Shown: one piece after another, positions 56,022-64,000 of the stretch
Numbering within the stretch: position 1 is the first letter of the stretch
Layout: every line of letters starts with the position of its first letter
DNA from: Antedon mediterranea
Lineage: Eukaryota > Animalia > Echinodermata
Assembly: GCF_964355755.1 (NCBI RefSeq)
Contig: NC_092670.1
Coordinates: forward strand, 28,012,388-28,076,387
Direction of reading: 5' to 3'
Length of the DNA stretch: 64,000 nucleotides
Position numbers and translations under genes: made by a program
Notes under the pieces: model-generated
The model's input: the letters and a program-made list of their open reading frames with translations, nothing else
Database searches by the model: none
Told to the model about the DNA's origin: nothing

Positions 56022-59000
56022 TTTATGTTAACAAGTTTTTTCGAAAATCACAAAATGGTGTAAAACTTCTCCAAATACGATTTTAAGCTATTCTAAGCAA
56101 TTTGGTGTTTTTATGTTAACAAGTTTTTTCGAAAATCACAAAATGGTCTAAAACGTCTCCAAATGCGATTTGAAGCTATTCTGTACACTTTGCTGTTTTG
56201 TGTGAATAATTTTTGTTGAAATGCTCAAAATGGTCAAAAACGTTTTTAAATACTATATTAAGCTATTTTGTGTTCTTTGATGTTTTTGTGTGAAAAGTTT
56301 TATCGAAATGCTCAAAATGGTCTAAAACAGTTTCTAATGTGATTTTAAGCACTTTGATGTTTTTATGTTAACAACTTTTTTAGAAAATCACAAAATGGTC
56401 TAAAACGTCTCCAAATGCGATTTGAAGCAATTCTAAGCACTTTGGTGCTTTTATGTTAACAAGTTTTTTCGAAAATCACAAAATGGTATAAAACGTCTCC
56501 AAATGCGATTTGAAGCAATTCTAAGCACTTTGGTGTTTTTATGTTAACAAGTTTTTTCGAAAATCACAAAATGGTATAAAACGTCTCCAAATGCGATTTT
56601 AAGGTATTCTAAGCACTTTGGTGTTTTTATGTTAACAAGTTTTTTCGAAAATCACAAAATGGTCTAAAACGTCTCCAAATGCGATTTGAAGCTATTCTGT
56701 ACACTTTGCTGTTTTGTGTGAATAATTTTTGTCGAAATGCTCAAAATGGTCAAAAACGTTTTTAAATACGATATTAAGCTATTTTGTGCTCTTTGATGTT
56801 TTTGTGTGAAAAGTTTTATCGAAATGCTCAAAATGGTCTAAAACGGTTTCTAATGTGATTTTAAGCACTTTGATGTTTTTATGTTAACAACTTTTTTAGA
56901 AAATCACAAAATGGTCTAAAACGTCTCCAAATGCGATTTGAAGCAATTCTAAGCACTTTGGTGTTTTTATGGTAACGAGTTTTTTTGAATATCACAAAAT
57001 GGTCTAAAACGTCTCCAAATGCGATTTGAAGCTATTCTAAGCACTTTGGTGTTTTTATGTTAACAAGTTTTTTCGAAAATCACAAAATGGTGTAAAACGT
57101 CTCCAAATGCGATTTGAAGCTATTCTAAGCACTTTGGTGTTATTATGTTAACAAGTTTTTTCGAAAATCACAAATTGGTCTAAAACGTCTCCAAATGCGA
57201 TTTGAAGCTATTTTAAGCACTTTGGTGTTTTTGTGTAACCAAGTTTTTTCGAAAATCACAAAAGTGTCTAAAATGTCTCAAAATGCGATTTGAAGCTATT
57301 CTGTACACTTTGATGTTTTTTTGTTAACATGTCTCAAAATGCGATTTGAAGCTATTCTGTACACTTTGATGTTTTTTTGTTAACAAGTTTTTTCGAAAGT
57401 CACAAAATGGTCTAAAACGTCTCCAAATGCGATTTGAAGCTATTCTAAGCACTTTGGTGTTTTTATGTTAACAAGTTTTTTCGAAAATCACAAAATGGTG
57501 TAAAACGTCTCCAAATGCGATTTGAAGCTATTCTAAGCACTTTGGTGTTTTTATGTTAACAAGTTTTTTCGAAAATCACAAAATGGTGTAAAACTTCTCC
57601 AAATACGATTTTAAGCTATTCTAAGCAATTTGGTGTTTTTATGTTAACAAGTTTTTTCGAAAATCACAAAATGGTCTAAAACGTCTCCAAATGCGATTTG
57701 AAGCTATTCTGTACACTTTGCTGTTTTGTGTGAATAATTTTTGTCAAAATGCTCAAAATGGTCAAAAACGTTTTTAAATACTATATTAAGCTATTTTGTG
57801 TTCTTTGATGTTTTTGTGTGAAAAGTTTTATCGAAATGCTCAAAATGGTCTAAAACGGTTTCTAATGAAATGATTTTAAGAACTTTGATGTTTTTATGTT
57901 AACAACTTTTTTAGAAAATCACAAAATGGTCTAAAACGTCTCCAAATGCGATTTGAAGCAATTCTAAGCACTTTGGTGTTTTTATGTTAACAAGTTTTTT
58001 CGAAAATCACAAAATGGTATAAAACGTCTCCAAATGCGATTTTAAGGTATTCTAAGCACTTTGGTGTTTTTATGTTAACAAGTTTTTTCGAAAATCACAA
58101 AATGGTCTAAAACGTCTACAAATGCGATTTGAAGCTATTGTAAGCACTTTGGTGTTTTTATGTTAACAAGTTTTTTCGAAAATCACAAAATGGTCTAAAA
58201 CGTCTCCAAATGCGATTTGAAGCTATTCTGTACACTTTGCTGTTTTGTGTGAATAATTTTTGTCGAAATGCTCAAAGTGGTCAAAAACGTTTTTAAATAC
58301 GATATTAAGCTATTTTGTGCTCTTTGATGTTTTTGTGTGAAAAGTTTTATCGAAATGCTCAAAATGGTCTAAAACGGTTTCTAATGTGATTTTAAGCACT
58401 TTGATGTTTTTATGTTAACAACTTTTTTAGAAAATCACAAAATGGTCTAAAACGTCTCCAAATGCGATTTGAAGTAATTCTAAGCACTTTGGTGTTTTTA
58501 TGGTAACGAGTTTTTTTGAATATCACAAAATGGTCTAAAATTTCTCCAAATGCGATTTGAAGCTTTTCTAAGCACTTTAGTGTTTTTATGGTAACGAGTT
58601 ATTTCGAAAATCACAAAATGGTCTAAAACGTCTCCAAATGCGATTTGAAGCTATTCTGTACACTTTGCTGTTTTGTGTGAATAATTTTTGTCAAAATGCT
58701 CAAAATGGTCAAAAACGTTTTTAAATACTATATTAAGCTATTTTGTGTTCTTTGATGTTTTTGTGTGAAAAGTTTTTTCGAAATGCTCAAAATGGTCTAA
58801 AACGGTTTCTAATGTGATTTTAAGCACTTTGATGTTTTTATGTTAACAACTTTTTTAGAAAATTACAAAATGGTCTAAAACGTCTCCAAATGCGATTTGA
58901 AGCAATTCTAAGCACTTTGGTGTTTTTATGTTAACAAGTTTTTTCGAAAATCACAAAATGGTCTAAAACGTCTCCAAATGCGATTTGAAGCTATTCTGTA

Positions 59001-62000
59001 CACTTTGCTGTTTTGTGTGAATAATTTTTGTTGAAATGCTCAAAATGGTCAAAAACGTTTTTAAATACGATATTAAGCTATTTTGTGCTCTTTGATGTTT
59101 TTGTGTGAAAAGTTTTATCGAAATGCTCAAAATGGTCTAAAACGGTTTCTAATGTGATTTTAAGCACTTTGGTGTTTTTATGTTAACAAGTTTTTTCGAA
59201 ATTCACAAAATGGTCTAAAATGTCTCCAAATGCGATTTGAAGCTTTTCTAAGCACTTTGGTGTTTTTATGTTAACAAGTTTTTTCGAAAATCACAAAATG
59301 GTCTAAAACGTCTCCAAATGTGATTTGAAGCTATTCTAAACACTTTGGTGTTTTTATGTTAACAAGTTTTTTCGAAAATCACAAATTGGTCTAAAACGTC
59401 TCCAAATGCGATTTGAAGCTATTTTAAGCACTTTGGTGTTTTTGTGTAACCAAGTTTTTTCGAAAATCACAAAAGGGTCTAAAATGTCTCAAAATGCGAT
59501 TTGAAGCTATTCTGTACACTTTGATGTTTTTTTGTTAACAAGTTTTTTCGAAAGTCACAAAATGGTCTAAAAAGTCTCCAAATGCGATTTGAAGCTATTC
59601 TAAGCACTTTGGTGTTTTTATGTTAACAAGTTTTATCGAAAATCACAAAATGGTGTAAAACGTCTCCAAATGCGATTTGAAGCTATTCTAAGCACTTTGG
59701 TGTTTTTATGTTAACAAGTTTTTTCGAAAATCACAAAATGGTGTAAAACGTCTCCAAATGCGATTTTAAGCTATTCTAAGCAATTTGGTGTTTTTATGTT
59801 AACAAGTTTTTTCGAAAATCACAAAATGGTCTAAAACGTCTCCAAATGCGATTTGAAGCTATTCTGTACACTTTGCTGTTTTGTGAGAATAATTTTTGTC
59901 GAAATGCTCAAAATGGTCAAAAACGTTTTTAAATACGATATTAAGCTATTTTGTGCTCTTTGATGTTTTTGTGTGAAAAGTTTTATCGAAATGCTCAAAA
60001 TGGTCTAAAACGGTTTCTAATGTGATTTTAAGCACTTTGATGTTTTTATGTTAACAACTTTTTTAGAAAATTACAAAATGGTGTAAAACGTCTCCAAATG
60101 CGATTTGAAGCTATTCTAAGCAATTTCGTGTTTTTATGTTAACAAGTTTTTTCGAAAATCACAAAATGGTCTAAAACGTCTCCAAATGCGATTTGAAGCT
60201 ATTCTAAGCACTTTTGTGTTTTTATGTTAACAAGTTTTTTCGAAAATCACAAAATGGTCTAAAATGTCTCCAAATGCGATTTTAAGGTATTCTAAGCACT
60301 TTGGTGTTTTTATGTTAACAAGTTTTTTCGAAAATCACAAAATGGTCTAAAACGTCTACAAATGCGATTTGAAGCTCTTCTAAGCACTTTGGTGTTTTTA
60401 TGTTAACAAGTTTTTTCGAAAATCACAAAATGGTATAAAACGTCTCCAAATGCGATTTGAAGATTTTCTAAGCACTTTGGTGTTTTTATGTTTACAAGTT
60501 TTTTCGAAAATCACAAAATGGTCTAAAACGTCTCCAAATGCGATTTGAAGCTATTCTGTACACTTTGCTGTTTTGTGTGAATAATTTTGTCAAAATGCTC
60601 AAAATGGTCAAAAACGTTTTTAAATACTATATTAAGCTATTTTGTGTTCTTTGATGTTTTTGTGTGAAAAGTTTTATCGAAATGCTCAAAATGGTCTAAA
60701 ACGGTTTCTAATGAAATGATTTTAAGAACTTTGATGTTTTTATGTTAACAACTTTTTTAGAAAATCACAAAATGGTCTAAAACGTCTCCAAATGCGATTT
60801 GAAGCAATTCTAAGCACTTTGGTGTTTTTATGTTAACAAGTTTTTTCGAAAATCACAAAATGGTATAAAACGTCTCCAAATGCGATTTTAAGGTATTCTA
60901 AGCACTTTGGTGATTTTATGTTAACAAGTTTTTTCGAAAATCACAAAATGGTCTAAAACGTCTACAAATGCGATTTGAAGCTATTCTAAGCACTTTGGTG
61001 TTTTTATGTTAACAAGTTTTTTCGAAAATCACAAAATGGTATAAAACGTCTCCAAATGCGATTTTAAGCTATTCTAAGCAATTTGGTGTTTTTATGTTAA
61101 CAAGTTTTTTCGAAAATCACAAAATGGTCGAAAATGTCACAAAATGCGATTTGAAGCTATTCTAAGCACTTTGGTGTTATTATGTTAACAAGTTTTTTCG
61201 AAAATCACAAATTGGTCTAAAACGTCTCCAAATGCGATTTGAAGCTATTTTAAGCACTTTGGTGTTTTTGTGTAACCAAGTTTTTTCGAAAATCACAAAA
61301 GGGTCTAAAATGTCTCAAAATGCGATTTGAAGCTATTCTGTACACTTTGATGTTTTTTTGTTAACAAGTTTTTTCGAAAGTCACAAAATGGTCTAAAACG
61401 TCTCCAAATGCGATTTGAAGCTATTCTAAGCACTTTGGTGTTTTTATGTTAACAAGTTTTTTCGAAAATCACAAAATGGTGTAAAACGTCTCCAAATGCG
61501 ATTTGAAGCTATTCTAAGCACTTTGGTGTTTTTATGTTAACAAGTTTTTTCGAAAATCACAAAATGGTGTAAAACTTCTCCAAATACGATTTTAAGCTAT
61601 TCTAAGCAATTTGGTGTTTTTATGTTAACAAGTTTTTTCGAAAATCACAAAATGGTCTAAAACGTCTCCAAATGCGATTTGAAGCTATTCTGTACACTTT
61701 GCTGTTTTGTGTGAATAATTTTTGTTGAAATGCTCAAAATGGTCAAAAACGTTTTTAAATACTATATTAAGCTATTTTGTGTTCTTTGATGTTTTTGTGT
61801 GAAAAGTTTTATCGAAATGCTCAAAATGGTCTAAAACAGTTTCTAATGTGATTTTAAGCACTTTGATGTTTTTATGTTAACAACTTTTTTAGAAAATCAC
61901 AAAATGGTCTAAAACGTCTCCAAATGCGATTTGAAGCAATTCTAAGCACTTTGGTGCTTTTATGTTAACAAGTTTTTTCGAAAATCACAAAATGGTATAA

Positions 62001-64000
62001 AACGTCTCCAAATGCGATTTGAAGCAATTCTAAGCACTTTGGTGTTTTTATGTTAACAAGTTTTTTCGAAAATCACAAAATGGTATAAAACGTCTCCAAA
62101 TGCGATTTTAAGGTATTCTAAGCACTTTGGTGTTTTTATGTTAACAAGTTTTTTCGAAAATCACAAAATGGTCTAAAACGTCTCCAAATGCGATTTGAAG
62201 CTATTCTGTACACTTTGCTGTTTTGTGTGAATAATTTTTGTCGAAATGCTCAAAATGGTCAAAAACGTTTTTAAATACGATATTAAGCTATTTTGTGCTC
62301 TTTGATGTTTTTGTGTGAAAAGTTTTATCGAAATGCTCAAAATGGTCTAAAACGGTTTCTAATGTGATTTTAAGCACTTTGATGTTTTTATGTTAACAAC
62401 TTTTTTAGAAAATCACAAAATGGTCTAAAACGTCTCCAAATGCGATTTGAAGCAATTCTATACACTTTGGTGTTTTTATGGTAACGAGTTTTTTTGAATA
62501 TCACAAAATGGTCTAAAACGTCTCCAAATGCGATTTGAAGCTATTCTAAGCACTTTGGTGTTTTTATGTTAACAAGTTTTTTCGAAAATCACAAAATGGT
62601 GTAAAACGTCTCCAAATGCGATTTGAAGCTATTCTAAGCACTTTGGTGTTATTATGTTAACAAGTTTTTTCGAAAATCACAAATTGGTCTAAAACGTCTC
62701 CAAATGCGATTTGAAGCTATTTTAAGCACTTTGGTGTTTTTGTGTAACCAAGTTTTTTCGAAAATCACAAAAGGGTCTAAAATGTCTCAAAATGCGATTT
62801 GAAGCTATTCTGTACACTTTGATGTTTTTTTGTTAACATGTCTCAAAATGCGATTTGAAGCTATTCTGTACACTTTGATGTTTTTTTGTTAACAAGTTTT
62901 TTCGAAAGTCACAAAATGGTCTAAAACGTCTCCAAATGCGATTTGAAGCTATTCTAAGCACTTTGGTGTTTTTATGTTAACAAGTTTTTTCGAAAATCAC
63001 AAAATGGTGTAAAACGTCTCCAAATGCGATTTGAAGCTATTCTAAGCACTTTGGTGTTTTTATGTTAACAAGTTTTTTCGAAAATCACAAAATGGTGTAA
63101 AACTTCTCCAAATACGATTTTAAGCTATTCTAAGCAATTTGGTGTTTTTATGTTAACAAGTTTTTTCGAAAATCACAAAATGGTCTAAAACGTCTCCAAA
63201 TGCGATTTGAAGCTATTCTGTACACTTTGCTGTTTTGTGTGAATAATTTTTGTCAAAATGCTCAAAATGGTCAAAAACGTTTTTAAATACTATATTAAGC
63301 TATTTTGTGTTCTTTGATGTTTTTGTGTGAAAAGTTTTATCGAAATGCTCAAAATGGTCTAAAACGGTTTCTAATGAAATGATTTTAAGAACTTTGATGT
63401 TTTTATGTTAACAACTTTTTTAGAAAATCACAAAATGGTCTAAAACGTCTCCAAATGCGATTTGAAGCAATTCTAAGCACTTTGGTGTTTTTATGTTAAC
63501 AAGTTTTTTCGAAAATCACAAAATGGTATAAAACGTCTCCAAATGCGATTTTAAGGTATTCTAAGCACTTTGGTGTTTTTATGTTAACAAGTTTTTTCGA
63601 AAATCACAAAATGGTCTAAAACGTCTACAAATGCGATTTGAAGCTATTGTAAGCACTTTGGTGTTTTTATGTTAACAAGTTTTTTCGAAAATCACAAAAT
63701 GGTCTAAAACGTCTCCAAATGCGATTTGAAGCTATTCTGTACACTTTGCTGTTTTGTGTGAATAATTTTTGTCGAAATGCTCAAAGTGGTCAAAAACGTT
63801 TTTAAATACGATATTAAGCTATTTTGTGCTCTTTGATGTTTTTGTGTGAAAAGTTTTATCGAAATGCTCAAAATGGTCTAAAACGGTTTCTAATGTGATT
63901 TTAAGCACTTTGATGTTTTTATGTTAACAACTTTTTTAGAAAATCACAAAATGGTCTAAAACGTCTCCAAATGCGATTTGAAGTAATTCTAAGCACTTTG
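53150..64000. repeat. 5,509-bp tandem duplication (~53150-58659 repeated from ~58660 to beyond the window end)
   Basis: Markers sit at +5,509: GAAATTCAC 53693/59202, ACAGTTTC 56329/61838 and the 56-bp duplication junction 57328/62837. Confidence 0.92.
56022..58660. repeat. 23.5-kb super-repeat, partial copy 3, interrupted by the 5,509-bp duplication junction
   Basis: It matches 32536-35174 (ACAGTTTC, 56-bp duplication, ATTGTAAG, CAAAGTGGTCA, GAAGTAATTC, CTTTAGTG), then departs from that continuation by 58684. Confidence 0.85.

Larger units (their letters stand above)
1..64000. repeat. Tandem satellite DNA array, 88-bp monomer, head-to-tail in a single orientation (roughly 730-740 monomers); extends past both window edges
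   Basis: The AAACGTCTCC register recurs every 88 bp (e.g. 1 to 89, 681 to 769). Every line of the window is a variant of this unit, with no unique sequence and no inverted copies seen. Confidence 0.99.

Noticed and set aside
9050-58660. The 23.5-kb repeat as a pure assembly artefact
   Set aside because: The copies carry private SNPs and a 1-bp indel (~12472), and the variants nest consistently with later events. An artefact is less likely but cannot be excluded without reads.
1-64000. CRISPR array or a repeat-spacer defence system
   Set aside because: There are no unique spacers. Every segment is a homologous variant of the same 88-mer, and there is no leader or cas gene.
1-64000. Repetitive protein-coding ORF on either strand
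   Set aside because: The 88-bp unit is not a multiple of 3, and each monomer carries several TAA/TGA triplets on the + strand and TTA/CTA/TCA (stops on the - strand), so all frames close within a few monomers.
1-64000. Telomeric repeat, rDNA spacer, tRNA/5S array or transposon-derived termini
   Set aside because: There is no short G-rich telomere motif, no recognisable RNA gene sequence, and no terminal repeats or target-site duplications.

Overview
The whole 64 kb window is one uninterrupted, single-orientation, AT-rich tandem satellite array with an 88-bp monomer (consensus AAACGTCTCCAAATGCGATTTGAAGCTATTCTAAGCACTTTGGTGTTTTTATGTTAACAAGTTTTTTCGAAAATCACAAAATGGTCTA). I see no genes, RNA genes, transposon insertions or CRISPR array. 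It looks like eukaryotic centromeric or pericentromeric heterochromatin, but I cannot name the organism or satellite family. The interest lies in its nested architecture. (1) The monomer has ~10-bp A/T-tract phasing and internal palindromes. (2) A fixed-order 252-bp cassette of three divergent monomers (87+87+78 bp) recurs at spacings of 252+88n bp. (3) Alternating 11,153-bp and 12,333-bp blocks share an ~8.4-kb core. (4) These pair into a nearly identical 23,486-bp super-repeat present about 2.1 times. (5) A later 5,509-bp tandem duplication has its breakpoint at 58,659-58,684. The first ~9 kb is a differently shuffled mosaic of the same modules. All distances were counted by eye from rare variant markers, so block boundaries are approximate.
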